Source of the DNA: a virus | Length of the DNA stretch: 64,000 nucleotides | Reading direction: 5' to 3' (one strand) | Virus record (IMG/VR): IMGVR_UViG_3300019886_000004 | Coordinates: 83,917-147,916 of that record | Part shown: positions 50,341 through 60,654 of the stretch, piece by piece | Position numbering within the stretch: position 1 is the first letter of the stretch | How the letters are laid out: every line of letters begins with the position of its first letter | Position numbers and translations under genes: made by a program | The notes under the pieces: generated by a model | The model's database searches: none | The model's input: only the letters and a program-made list of their open reading frames with translations | Told to the model about the DNA's origin: nothing

Positions 50341-51215
50341 TTTATTAAGGTTATTAGATTGGTTATTCTTTTCTGCAAAATCTCTGAAAATGCCGTATCT
50401 TTTAAAGTGTTAAGTACTTCCTTATTAGCTAATTCCAAAGTCTGTTTACATGCTTCTTTCATTATTTCAAGAGTAGTTTCTCTGTAAGTTAGAGTTAATC
50501 TATCAAATATATTTCTTTCTGTTTTTTCAGTGGATATCTTAATATATATAGATTCTAAATCTACACTAACCTTTTCATAAATAGGTTCCCAGTATTCAGG
50601 AAAATCTATATAATATGTATTTTCCTTTATATCTTTTTGAGAAGATCTCGATAAATCAATAATCTTTCCAGTTTCTTTCCAACCAGGATACGTTTTAATA
50701 GACTTAAATCCGACTATTTTCTTTTCCATATTAAAGTATTATTGGATAAATGTTATAATTATTCTCTTTACTATCAATTAGTACTTTTTCTCTAAGATCT
50801 TCTGCATACTCTATATCACCATAGTGAACTTGACAATTATAAATCATGTACACGTTTAACTCTTTCTCACCTTTTTTCCAAGGCTTAGCTATTACGAAGT
50901 TGAATCGATTATTTGTTATAAATTCTCTTTTAGCCATTTTTTAAATGATTTTATGCTTTCTACATCATTATTCTCTGAGTAAGAATTAGAAAATTCCCTA
51001 ACTGCCTCATCCCAGGTGTCTTGTAATAATGATTTAACTTGTGCACGAGTAAATATCCTTTTAGGAACTTTTATTGGTCTGGCTTCACAATCTTCACGTG
51101 AACAAGGTACATTTGTATCACATTTGGAACCTGGTCCGGGTTTACATCTCGGACATACTAATACTATGTCTGTTAGCTTTTCCATACTATTTAACTTTGT
51201 AATGAACTCCACCAA
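50337..51215 (-). other. Three small hypothetical genes (50337-50729, 50731-50937, 50916-51215)
   Basis: Tightly packed minus-strand ORFs. Confidence 0.45.
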
Positions 51216-51456
51216 AACTAAGATTAGTAATTGTCTGAGGATTAACTAGCCTAATTCCCTTATTTTTAAGAGAATGTACTTTAATATAACCAAGTGGATT
51301 GTCTTGTATCTTAAATCGCATACCGTTGATAGTATGAGGTTTCGCGTCTTTACCAACATGAGTACTGGTGAAAAATCTACCTTTTGTGTCATTGATTAGT
51401 TTTACTATTTCTGTACGAGAAACGCGTTTTACTGTAAAATTTTTATTATGTGACAT
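51187..51456 (-). CDS. Small SH3-like phage protein
   Basis: KGRFFTSTHVGKD..ING pattern. Confidence 0.5.
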   Translation of the reverse strand: MSHNKNFTVKRVSRTEIVKLINDTKGRFFTSTHVGKDAKPHTINGMRFKIQDNPLGYIKVHSLKNKGIRLVNPQTITNLSFGGVHYKVK

Positions 51457-51489
51457 GTTATTTAGTTTTTTTTATAAGTTAAAATAATT

Positions 51490-51577
51490 GTTCCTGCTGT
51501 TCTACCAACTGAACTACGTAACCATGGCCTGGATAGGGTGGGCTTCGCTAGGATTTGAACCTAGGCAAGCCAGGAGC
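51490..51577 (-). ncRNA. Circularly permuted tRNA-like RNA (YrlA-like topology)
   Basis: T arm CTAGG-TTCAAAT-CCTAG precedes D arm GTTC-AGTTGGTA-GAAC; acceptor CGAAGCC/GGTTACG closed by a linker; ends pair TCCTG/CAGGA. Confidence 0.7.
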
Positions 51578-51595
51578 GAGATGCATAAATATAAT

Positions 51596-51622
51596 AAAAA
51601 ATCCGGGAGATTAATCCCGGAT
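51596..51622 (-). terminator. Intrinsic terminator
   Basis: ATCCGGGA-ttaatc-TCCCGGAT followed by TTTTT. Confidence 0.75.
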
Positions 51623-51657
51623 CTGACTTACAAAATGGAAATTTCGAACTATTTAAT

Positions 51658-52407
51658 CTAATCTGTATGTTTTCTTGTCCAAAATACGTGATTAACGCAC
51701 GCTAATTTTGTTCTATTCAATAAATTAGCAGCTATTTCAGAACCTTTCATCAATCCATTTTCTTTAACACATTTTAATAAAATTTGTTCTTCTTCTTTAT
51801 TCCAAACCATGAAACTCATTTCTGTTTTTGCTTGCCTTTTTATTATTCTATTTTTTCTTCTAGTTGTTGGTCTTATTTCACAAAACTGATCGCCGTTTAA
51901 ATAATTCCATTTATATCCATAACCTGTTATCTGTTTCTTCCTACAGCATTTTATAATGTTTGTTCTAAGAAATCCAAGCTCTCTTTCAATTTCCATTGGA
52001 TTCTTCCAGGTTCTTATTTGATTGTTATCTAAATCCAACTGCTCGATGGGTAAATCTCTGTCTTTTATTGTACCTGCTCCACCTCCTGTACCACCTATAT
52101 CATGATTAACTAATGTCCCACCTCCATGTTTTTTTCTGCCATAAAAGGCTATCAATTCAATTTCCTTAGCTTTTATGTGTTCAAGATCATCATTTTCTTT
52201 TATGATTTCTATTTCATATTCAACTTTCCTCGTAACATTTTTCCAATAATCACTTCTTTTCGAACATTCAAAAGCCCTGGAGTACCTAGTTCTATGTCCA
52301 TTTATTTTCTTAGGATTTGGAGTAGTACCCATACCAATATAAAAGATTTCCTTGGTATCTAACCTTTTATGTGAATAAACATAATATTTCTTAGACTTAT
52401 CTATCAA
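51658..52407 (-). CDS. GIY-YIG homing endonuclease with NUMOD1-like domain
   Basis: YYVYSH..FYIGMG..R..E..LVN; EQLDLDNNQIRTW..IIKCC..GYKW. Confidence 0.75.
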   Translation of the reverse strand: MIDKSKKYYVYSHKRLDTKEIFYIGMGTTPNPKKINGHRTRYSRAFECSKRSDYWKNVTRKVEYEIEIIKENDDLEHIKAKEIELIAFYGRKKHGGGTLVNHDIGGTGGGAGTIKDRDLPIEQLDLDNNQIRTWKNPMEIERELGFLRTNIIKCCRKKQITGYGYKWNYLNGDQFCEIRPTTRRKNRIIKRQAKTEMSFMVWNKEEEQILLKCVKENGLMKGSEIAANLLNRTKLACVNHVFWTRKHTD

Positions 52408-52853
52408 TTTGATTCCTCAGTCTTATCCATATTATCTACATCTATTCTAGATATGCTCCAACCTTTTTCATAGGCTAAGAGGGGATGAGCTTCCAAAAAA
52501 ATGTGGCAGGAATAGCAAACTGCGAGAAATTTGGTCTTATCAAGTAGTAAAGATCCAATGCGCCCAGCACGATGGTGAACTTGCATTAAGGAAGGATGAC
52601 ATTCACTACATCCTGGAAGATTTACTTCGCAGCATGGGTGCTCTTTTAGGAACTGAGCTCTTACTTTACCATATTGATTCAATAAATTCTTCTGTTTATC
52701 CGAAACCTGCTTAATTCTAGCTCTTGGTTTAACTGCCTTTAGTTTCTTCTCTTCTATTTTTTTTCTGTTGTAACAAACTTTGCAGAGCTGGTATCCAAAC
52801 AAATATTGTTCGGTATTACAGCCTTTACAAAGTTTCTTTCGGTGCTTTATCAT
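52404..52853 (-). CDS. HNH-family nuclease
   Basis: CEVNLPGC..QVHHRAGR..LAVCYSCH. Confidence 0.7.
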   Translation of the reverse strand: MIKHRKKLCKGCNTEQYLFGYQLCKVCYNRKKIEEKKLKAVKPRARIKQVSDKQKNLLNQYGKVRAQFLKEHPCCEVNLPGCSECHPSLMQVHHRAGRIGSLLLDKTKFLAVCYSCHIFLEAHPLLAYEKGWSISRIDVDNMDKTEESN

Positions 52854-52858
52854 ATACC

Positions 52859-52890
52859 CAAAGATACGACAATTTCAGCACTTTTCCAAA
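52859..52890 (-). promoter_or_regulatory. Bacteroidota sigma70-type promoter
   Basis: TTTG-N20-TATCTTTG, with ATG after a 5-nt gap. Confidence 0.8.
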
Positions 52891-52901
52891 TTTAAGATTT
52901 C

Positions 52902-53273
52902 CTATAAACCTTTCACATTTTTAGGTATAATAAAGTAATTTGACTTTGGCTCACCATGTTTCCAATCCTTTTCTCTAAAACCCCAAATTCTGTCATTGTT
53001 TATAGTGAAATAATTTTCATCTGTAAATCTCTCCTTATGAAACATCTTTCCGATTGGATGTGGATTACCATAGCTTATGAACTTTCTTACTAGGTAGCCA
53101 TTAATGAGAACAGCTAATCCAGGTCCATCATCAATCTGTATTCTTACCTTGATAGTGTCTAGTTGAGTTCTGGCAGTGTCTTTAAGGTTAAAAGGATTAT
53201 TTAATGGATGTGTTTCTTGTGCATTGCTATTAATATATATTAAGAACAGCAGAATAAATAATATTTTCATCAC
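52902..53273 (-). CDS. Secreted hypothetical protein
   Basis: Signal peptide ending SNA-Q. Confidence 0.55.
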   Translation of the reverse strand: MMKILFILLFLIYINSNAQETHPLNNPFNLKDTARTQLDTIKVRIQIDDGPGLAVLINGYLVRKFISYGNPHPIGKMFHKERFTDENYFTINNDRIWGFREKDWKHGEPKSNYFIIPKNVKGL

Positions 53274-53283
53274 CGTTTAAATT

Positions 53284-54393
53284 TTAAGATCCATATTCAA
53301 CAAAAAAAGCACTTCGATTCTTATAATCTATCATAGTAAAAGTACTAGTGGCTATGTCACTAAACACTAAAATTATTTCATAGTCTATGTCATTCTCATT
53401 TGCTGAGTAGAATTCCGGAAGTATTTTCTTTATATCTCCAATAGTTAATCTGTCACCGTAGTAATTTAGTGCCTTATCTTTTTTCCAAAATGATGTATCC
53501 ATATCTATAAGTTTAAATACCGGCTATAACGGTTAGTTAGTCACTGATACCTAACTAGCTTGAAATTTCACTTTCTTTATGGACCACAGGAAATACTATA
53601 TTTAAGCAGGTTGTGTAGTTTCTACTTTCTTCTTTTTCTTTGTGTCTTTTCTCCAGTTCCCATGAATCATATCCTCATAAGCCATCCAGAAAATACCACG
53701 TGTGGTTCTGTCGAAATTAAGTGTCTTTAAGACTCGTGTGAATGCCTTGAGGCGCCCACATTGTTTATAGAAGGTATCTCCAAGCGCACAATAAGAACTA
53801 GCTCTAGCAAGCTCTTCAGCTTCTTCACCAGTCCCTTCTCTGATTATACATTGTGTCTCCTTACATGTTTCATTGTGTTTCCTTGGATTCTGTACTTCTT
53901 CGTTGTATCGAAATACAAAAGAGAAAGTCTTATTACCTACATGAACTAGCATATTAAGTTTTTTTTAGATTTTAATTAAATGTTCTTTTATAAGTTCTTC
54001 AAAGATTTCTTTTTTAGTAATACCAATGGAAGCAAAACTAGCACTTACTTCACCTGTTAATGGTTCCTTTATAATCTCATCTACTAATGTTTCCATTTTT
54101 GATGCAGGTTTTATTCCCTTTTTATAATAGGATAAAAAAGTGTTAATAATAGGCTCAGCTCGTTCACTCTTCATTTTATTGAGTATATTTTGACCTTTAG
54201 GAGATTGAAGAGCTTCTACTATTTTCTGTGACATTTTGGCAGATAAAAGAAACTTAGGTTTAAATTTCTCTACTTGAATGTCTTTCATGTCATAGATTGT
54301 AACGAAACTAGTTTTCTTTTTTTTATCATCAATTATGGTATTAACCATTAGTCTACCACTTTCGCTGATGTTAACGCAGGATACTGTATTCAT
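53284..54393 (-). other. Three hypothetical genes (53284-53502, 53602-53952, 53965-54393)
   Basis: Minus-strand ORFs with ATG starts. Confidence 0.5.
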
Positions 54394-54490
54394 GTGAGTT
54401 TTATTTTATGTGTTTATAAATACTTTGATTTACCTTCTTGAAATTTTTTGCTGTTTTGTGTGAGCATTTGTTGATATTAATAAGTTAAAT

Positions 54491-54522
54491 AAAAAAGCTC
54501 CTACTAAAAACTAGTAAGAGCT
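54491..54522 (-). terminator. Intrinsic terminator
   Basis: AGCTCTTACTA/TAGTAGGAGCT stem followed by a U-tract. Confidence 0.7.
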
Positions 54523-54545
54523 ATCTGTATGCAAAAACAAAGAAT

Positions 54546-55013
54546 CTATTTTAGATCTTTTACTTCAACTGTGTATATGGTTTGCTGGTAACCTTTTTCA
54601 TGATTTTTGTTCTCAAAAGAGTAAACAGGTTTAAAGCCAAAAGACTCTATAAAATCCTCATATATTCTGGAGCTGTTTTTTCTTTCTTTATAATCATCTC
54701 CTAATGTAGCCATTAAGCAAAACCAGCAGTTTAGAGTGCATTCTCTCTTTATTATTTTAATAAAACATTCCCTCGTTTCTTTAGTGAATTTGACGTTTCT
54801 AACTAGTCCAATCCAGTTTGCAATTAGACCAAGACCACATCCACTAGAAGCTGATTGAAGAGTAAAATTAAAATTAGCTAAAGAGGAGTTTACCACATTA
54901 GTAACGTTATAATTGGTGGGAGATAAACCATTAGCATTTTTTGTTACAATTAAAATTTCTGGTTTAGGATCTTCTTTAACAATAGGAAGAACATTATCGT
55001 TAATTTGATTCAT
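54546..55013 (-). CDS. GNAT-like protein of the CCG paralogue family (divergent)
   Basis: SSGCGLGLI, ESFGFKPVYSFENKNH. Confidence 0.45.
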   Translation of the reverse strand: MNQINDNVLPIVKEDPKPEILIVTKNANGLSPTNYNVTNVVNSSLANFNFTLQSASSGCGLGLIANWIGLVRNVKFTKETRECFIKIIKRECTLNCWFCLMATLGDDYKERKNSSRIYEDFIESFGFKPVYSFENKNHEKGYQQTIYTVEVKDLK

Positions 55014-55227
55014 CTATTTCTTTTTTAATTTTATCAATTGATTCTTCGTCCAAGGGATCTAGATATTTTTGATGGAAATCTTTAAATTTAATATCAGAAA
55101 AAGGATCATTTATTTCCATACCAAGATCTTTGGCAATAATTTCTTGAATCTTTTCATCATCTAAATCCAAAATTTGCTCTATAGTTAGCATTACTGTTTT
55201 TCCGTTTATCTCGTAGGGTATAGACAT
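55000..55227 (-). CDS. Hypothetical acidic protein
   Basis: ATG 55227 (MSIPYEING) downstream of a promoter. Confidence 0.5.
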   Translation of the reverse strand: MSIPYEINGKTVMLTIEQILDLDDEKIQEIIAKDLGMEINDPFSDIKFKDFHQKYLDPLDEESIDKIKKEIDESN

Positions 55228-55245
55228 TTTGTTATCTTTTAACTG

Positions 55246-55277
55246 CAAAGATAATCAATATAACTGATAATACCAAG
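55246..55277 (-). promoter_or_regulatory. Bacteroidota sigma70-type promoter
   Basis: CTTG-N20-TATCTTTG. Confidence 0.7.
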
Positions 55278-55306
55278 AAATTTAGTAACTAACTTTAAAA
55301 ATTAAT

Positions 55307-55555
55307 TTAAGATTTTCTCGCATCTGATAACCTTTCTGCCCATCTATCCAATAAATACTTTTTGTCCGGACTGTTTCTACACAAATTGACCATTTTGTAA
55401 TAGAGAGCATTTAGCTGCTGTGAACCATAATTCTTTAACAACTGATCAAAATCAAATATAAGGCTGTTATAAGCCTGTTCTGTGCTGCTTTTCTGCTCCA
55501 GCAGAGCATTGTATTGAGTCCTTGTATATAGACCCAATCTATTCAATATATTCAT
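55307..55555 (-). CDS. Hypothetical protein
   Basis: 82 aa ORF. Confidence 0.45.
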   Translation of the reverse strand: MNILNRLGLYTRTQYNALLEQKSSTEQAYNSLIFDFDQLLKNYGSQQLNALYYKMVNLCRNSPDKKYLLDRWAERLSDARKS

Positions 55556-55962
55556 TAAGCGACTTTTTTTAAAAAACTGATAGGGTATTCAACTATTGTA
55601 CCTTCATTTATAAATAATTTAGGTAGATTTAGCATTATTGCAGACCTTTTATGATAATCTTCAACTTTTGTTCCAATGGAGGATTTTGTTAAAATAAGGA
55701 CAGCACGCTCATCTTCAACTGCAGCTAGTTTTATATCTCCCAGTGTAACTAATCCAAATAACGCTCCTCCTTCAAAAAATGAATTGCATTCTATGTAGCA
55801 TCTATCATAGTTTTTATATAAAGAGTCAATTTTCTCCACTCTTGCATTATACCAACTATTATCATATCCCCATTGTTTGTAATTATATCCTTTCTTACTA
55901 ATAGTAACAAGATGAGTACCAACACCAATTGTTTGATTTCCATATTTTATATTGCTGCACAT
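55555..55962 (-). CDS. Compact SRAP (YedK/HMCES-like) domain protein
   Basis: N-terminal MC, WG..YNARVE, RCYI...FFE, ILT, YHKRSAIML. Confidence 0.6.
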   Translation of the reverse strand: MCSNIKYGNQTIGVGTHLVTISKKGYNYKQWGYDNSWYNARVEKIDSLYKNYDRCYIECNSFFEGGALFGLVTLGDIKLAAVEDERAVLILTKSSIGTKVEDYHKRSAIMLNLPKLFINEGTIVEYPISFLKKVA

Positions 55963-55979
55963 GATGATTAATTTAAGGC

Positions 55980-56206
55980 ATGGTTTCTGTAACAGAAGTC
56001 ACTATCTGGTTCGTTGTTCACCCAACGATCTTCCACTATCTTATTCAAATTGAATGAGCGCTTTTTATTTCTTTCATTTAGCTTCTGATGCTATGCAATC
56101 AGATTGAAAACTACTTGTCATTTCCAGCGTAATTCTGTATGAATACGACTCGTTTAGAATTATTATTACCTTTTTGAAAGCAACTTCTGCTACAGTGCGA
56201 AACCAT
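55980..56206 (-). ncRNA. Candidate ~227-nt structured ncRNA closed by a 24-bp stem
   Basis: ATGGTTT+CTGTAGCAGAAGTTGCT pairs with AGTGACTTCTGTTACAG+AAACCAT (three G-U pairs on the minus strand); internal hairpins. Confidence 0.6.
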
Positions 56207-57567
56207 TAGTTTATGTTTGATGGTAACATTTGTCTTGTTCGTTCATACTCAAGAAGAGATCTTGCCATTTCTGCATTTTCCTCCCAAAGATTTGATCCTT
56301 GCGCACGTATTATTCTTTCTTCTCTTTCCTGTTTCTCTTTCTTGGTGATTCTTGGCCTTTTGATATAACTTTCCTCTGGTGGATGATCCTTTTCAGGTAT
56401 TATTGTCATCTTTTTAGGCATGTTATTAATTTTTTTCTCCTATAGTATTTTCAAGTGTAAGATAGCTAAAAAAGACCACAATTTTGTAAAAAGTAGCACA
56501 ATAATCTTCTGGTATATGTAAAAGTATTACGATTACAAATATATAACCCTGTATTCTTACACAAGCTTCCAAAAAATTAGATGTAATTTGTTCTATACTC
56601 TTTTTACTTGAGTCACTTACTTTATATTTCTCTTCGAAGTCTATTATCTCCTTATTCACCCCAAGTAAGTAAGATAAATATTTTTTTAGTCTCTTTTGTA
56701 GCTCTTCATCTTGCTCATAAATTAGATGGTCTCTATCTTTTGATCTAACTGGTGTTATTGTTATACTAGCTCCAAAACCAGCATAATATTCTATTCTAAC
56801 CGTTTTGCTTTGTAGATAAATTGTATTATAACTACTCATTTTGTGTTTGAAACCCTCCCTTAGTAGCCAAGTTTTCATTCTATTAATCGCATCTGGATAG
56901 TCTTGATTACATTGTAGAATCTTTCTGATTCTTTTCGTATTCCTCTTAGGAGTAGTATGGGAGCTATCATATATTTTACCTATTGATATATAAACTATTG
57001 CGACTAGAATGTAATAAAGACCTAAAAGAAGTATTACCTTACTGGTGGGACCAATGAATATAGCAAAAAGTATGACTAAAAAAGATAACAAGTTCCTTTT
57101 TACACTCATATTAAAAAGTTTAAATCTTTTCAAACCAAATCGACATTAAGTGAGCACTATGATAAACCCTGTCATCATGAGGTAATTGTTCTGTATTGAT
57201 TATCCTACTTATGTGATCTAGTGCTTCATATTTATCCACGCCTTTTTTGACTACTAGATTACTGGTGTCTGGCAATCTTCTGAATATCCACTCAGAAGCC
57301 AAATGAACAAATGGACTAGACCATCCTCTATTTATCTCAACTTTATCTAGCAGGTCTCTCACATCAACTCTCCTTGGGTCCTTATTTGGTAGCATACCTT
57401 TCGGTTTTTAAGTTTTTCATAGTGGCAACCAGATTATGTAGCTTTTCTTTTTCGTGTTCCACCACCAATCTCACGCCAAGTTTTTCTGCGCCCTTCATCT
57501 TTTTTATAATCTCTTCTCTTTGTGTTAAGGCTTTTCTTTCTAATTTGTTGAATTGTGATGGTTTCAT
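56206..57567 (-). other. Four hypothetical genes (56206-56421, 56426-57133 membrane, 57120-57395, 57382-57567)
   Basis: Packed minus-strand ORFs. Confidence 0.45.
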
Positions 57568-57578
57568 AAAGTTTATTT

Positions 57579-58061
57579 TTAGGTTAATTCAAGTGTGTTT
57601 ATTAAAATAACTTCCTTATTCTGATTCTCGGCATATGCTAATGCATTTTGTATTCTATTATTACTTTTTGTATTCCACACTACAAAAATAATGTCACATC
57701 GGTCAATGATTGCTTTATCTCTAAAATTCTCTTTAGCGTCACTGGATGAACCTTGACCAAGTGTTATTGTTTTTCCTGCTGCTATTTTTATATTTTGTAG
57801 TCTCTCTTTATTATCTAAAGTCCAGTTTTCCCCATATCTTTGACAAGCTGTCAAGCACACTAGATCTCCAATTTCAGCCATAGCAACCCAAGCCCAAACA
57901 AAATCAGCTCCTGGAACTGCACCAGTTATTGCTTTATCTATTTGTAATGTGCCTACATATTCTGTTAATAGGTTGTACAAAGCGTTGTTGTATGGACCAT
58001 GATAATCATACTCGAATCCCAGTTCTTCTATACTACATCCTATTAAACCTGCTACAGTCAT
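57579..58061 (-). CDS. SLOG/YspA-like protein
   Basis: ITGAVPGADFVWA, RDKAIIDRCD..VVWN..NALAYA. Confidence 0.6.
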   Translation of the reverse strand: MTVAGLIGCSIEELGFEYDYHGPYNNALYNLLTEYVGTLQIDKAITGAVPGADFVWAWVAMAEIGDLVCLTACQRYGENWTLDNKERLQNIKIAAGKTITLGQGSSSDAKENFRDKAIIDRCDIIFVVWNTKSNNRIQNALAYAENQNKEVILINTLELT

Positions 58062-58584
58062 GATGGATATGATTTAGTTTGCAATAGATGTTCTACAACG
58101 AATTCCTTTGGAACCCAAGTAAAAAAGTTTCTAGTTGATTCTGTTAACTCACCTATCCATTTTTTTACCTCTTCCAATGTTCCTCCAAATGGATAGGTAA
58201 AATGAGGTTCGTTATCTTCAAAGTAAGTACTTCCCTCTGCCCTGGCTGCAAACCACTCATGGTTTAGCGTTTTGTCTATTTCACCAAGTGTTAACTCTTT
58301 GTTTGTGCTAATGTAGAGTTTTCTGCAAATACCTGTTCTAATGTTCATAATTGATAAAATTTAAGATCTGTATTTTGTTGCATTAAATTATAAAGTGATT
58401 GCGCTTTAGTACGTATGTCTCGTCCTTTAACGTTTACAATACATACATCTAAACTTTCACCATAAAACGTAATAAATCCAACTAATTTGTCTTGAGAATC
58501 TTTAACAATTATTCCATTATTTATATTTGCTTCATTAATTGATAACGAAATTTGATTTACGTTTGGGATAAACAATAGTTTCAT
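58058..58584 (-). other. Two hypothetical genes (58058-58348, 58345-58584)
   Basis: The second start was moved to MKLLFIP, downstream of a terminator-like hairpin. Confidence 0.45.
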
Positions 58585-58653
58585 ATTAAATAAGTTTAAA
58601 AATGAAAAGCCATCAGATCTCTCCAATGGCTTTTATTGTGGTTTTGGTTACGA

Positions 58654-58980
58654 CTAAAGCTTAAATTCTGCTAAGACTTTCACTTGTTTAGGTTTGATAG
58701 CTATTACTTTAAAAGGAGATATAAAATAATATTCAGACTTTACCGGAACCTTTTGTTTTTTAACGGTAAAGCTATCAACACCAGCTGGTGCCTGTTGTTG
58801 TACAAATTGATATTCATACGTTGTAATTTTATTCAACCATCCTGTAGTAGTTGTAAAAGTTGCACTATCCACTACATACATGCATGCGGCTCGGGTAGTA
58901 TCACTGAACGTTTGAGCTTTTACGAACATACTAATACTTGAAACTAAGAATACTAAAAGAACGGATTTGATTTTACTCAT
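58654..58980 (-). CDS. Secreted hypothetical protein
   Basis: Signal peptide ending VKA-Q. Confidence 0.55.
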   Translation of the reverse strand: MSKIKSVLLVFLVSSISMFVKAQTFSDTTRAACMYVVDSATFTTTTGWLNKITTYEYQFVQQQAPAGVDSFTVKKQKVPVKSEYYFISPFKVIAIKPKQVKVLAEFKL

Positions 58981-59012
58981 CTATATGGATTTTTTATTTA
59001 CGAATTATTGTT

Positions 59013-60401
59013 TTATTTTGGTACGCTTTTTGGATTTCTTGGTTTACGTGCTGGTACATAGGTATTACCAAATGCTTTATTAGCCTCTATAGAAGCTGCA
59101 TTTTTACTTCTTCTGTTGCTGCCAGCACAAACAGTACAGAATGCTTCCCCATTGGTATTAACATTATGCACTCTTCGTTGTTTCCCATACATCTCATCTT
59201 GTTGTTGGTGTGTACAGGTACACGGTAGTATCTCAGTTCTTTCTGCCATGTTAAATCTTTTTTTTGATATTTTCTATTTCACTCATTACTCGCTTTCTGT
59301 CTTTCTCATCCATTGGTCTATATGGTTCTATAGAAGATCCAGTTCTTATTTTACCCGTTTTCAGATCTTCCTCAAGCATCTTTAAAGCTTGCTTTCTTCT
59401 AGCAATAGCGTCTCCACCCATGCTTTTCTTTCCTCTGGTCCATTTTGCCATTTTAATTAATTTAAATTTACCATTTAGCTTTCTTATTCCAAAATTCTAT
59501 AGTGATTAAATAAAAAACGAGGATTAAGAATACCACGATTGGAGAACCTAGTATACAAATGGATAAAAGAGTTAATCTCTTACCCATTGTCCATTCACCA
59601 TCCTCTATTGCATTTTCTCTACAAATCAAATAGCAAGGTACTATTAAAAGTACATGAATTATCAAATATACTATCATAAAACTGATTTAAGAAAATAACC
59701 ACCAAAATAATAAAATAGCTATTACCCACCAAAACCAGCTATTATTGTTTTCACCATCATCATTATCATAGCGTCGATTGTATTCATAGTAACACATAAA
59801 ATTAAGTTTAATGTGAAAAAATAAAATAAGTTATTATTAGTATAATTAGGAACCAAAACACAATCTTATCTCCCATGTCATCATACTCGTCATATTTCTT
59901 CATGTGGAGGATATTTTAAAGTATTATAAGCCATTATTACAAACCAACCAAAGAAAATAAATAGGGATAAAAACCATATAAATAAACATTCTAACCAATT
60001 TATTTCCTTTATATTATGTTCTTCTTTATAAATATCTCTAATTATAAAGTAACTACCTATTATTAAAAGAAGATATATAGTTATTGTCATGGTTTTGATT
60101 TTGTATAAAGATACGCACCACCATAAATTAAGTAACAATCATTACTTGGTAAATGCATTAATAAATCATCGCCTTCCTTACTTAAGTAATATACTTCATG
60201 ATCTAATGTGGAAAAATCATTGTTTGCTCTTATGAGCTTTACATTCTCCCATACATAGAGGCTATTAAATATCCATCCATCTTCGCTATTCCGTGTTAGA
60301 CTTGAGCTGTTATTCCATTTACCCAACGTATCTATTGTTGGATATAGTTCTGCTACTAAAACTAATCTTTTATTTTCTTTATCATACAAAAAGTTTCTCA
60401 T
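59013..60401 (-). other. Cluster of small hypothetical and membrane genes (59013-59249, 59251-59451, 59468-59677, 59890-60138, 60087-60401)
   Basis: Short minus-strand ORFs, several hydrophobic. Confidence 0.4.
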
Positions 60402-60574
60402 CTTGTTGCTAATTTTTGAGTTTTTAATCTATTCACTCTATTCATGTGAATGTGGAAGATGTCTCTTATCTCCTTTGGAATTTCTATGTTTCTTTTTATA
60501 ATATCTTGATATAGACTATTTATGCCACGTTCAACTGCTTTTATTTCTTCTATTTTGTTCATATAGTATGGATT

Positions 60575-60650
60575 TGGAGCCTGAAAACGGGATCGAACCG
60601 ATAACCTCTTGTTTACAAAACAAACGCTCTACCAATTGAGCTATACAGGC
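60575..60650 (-). tRNA. tRNA-Thr(TGT) with encoded CCA
   Basis: GCCTGTA-TA-GCTCAATTGGTAGAGC-G-TTTGT-TTTGTAA-ACAAG...TTCGATC...TTCAGGC-TCCA. Confidence 0.9.
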
Positions 60651-60654
60651 TTAA

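Noticed and set aside
53520-53600. Intergenic hairpin TAGTTAG/CTAACTA
   Set aside because: Single short stem with no further structure; insufficient evidence for an RNA element
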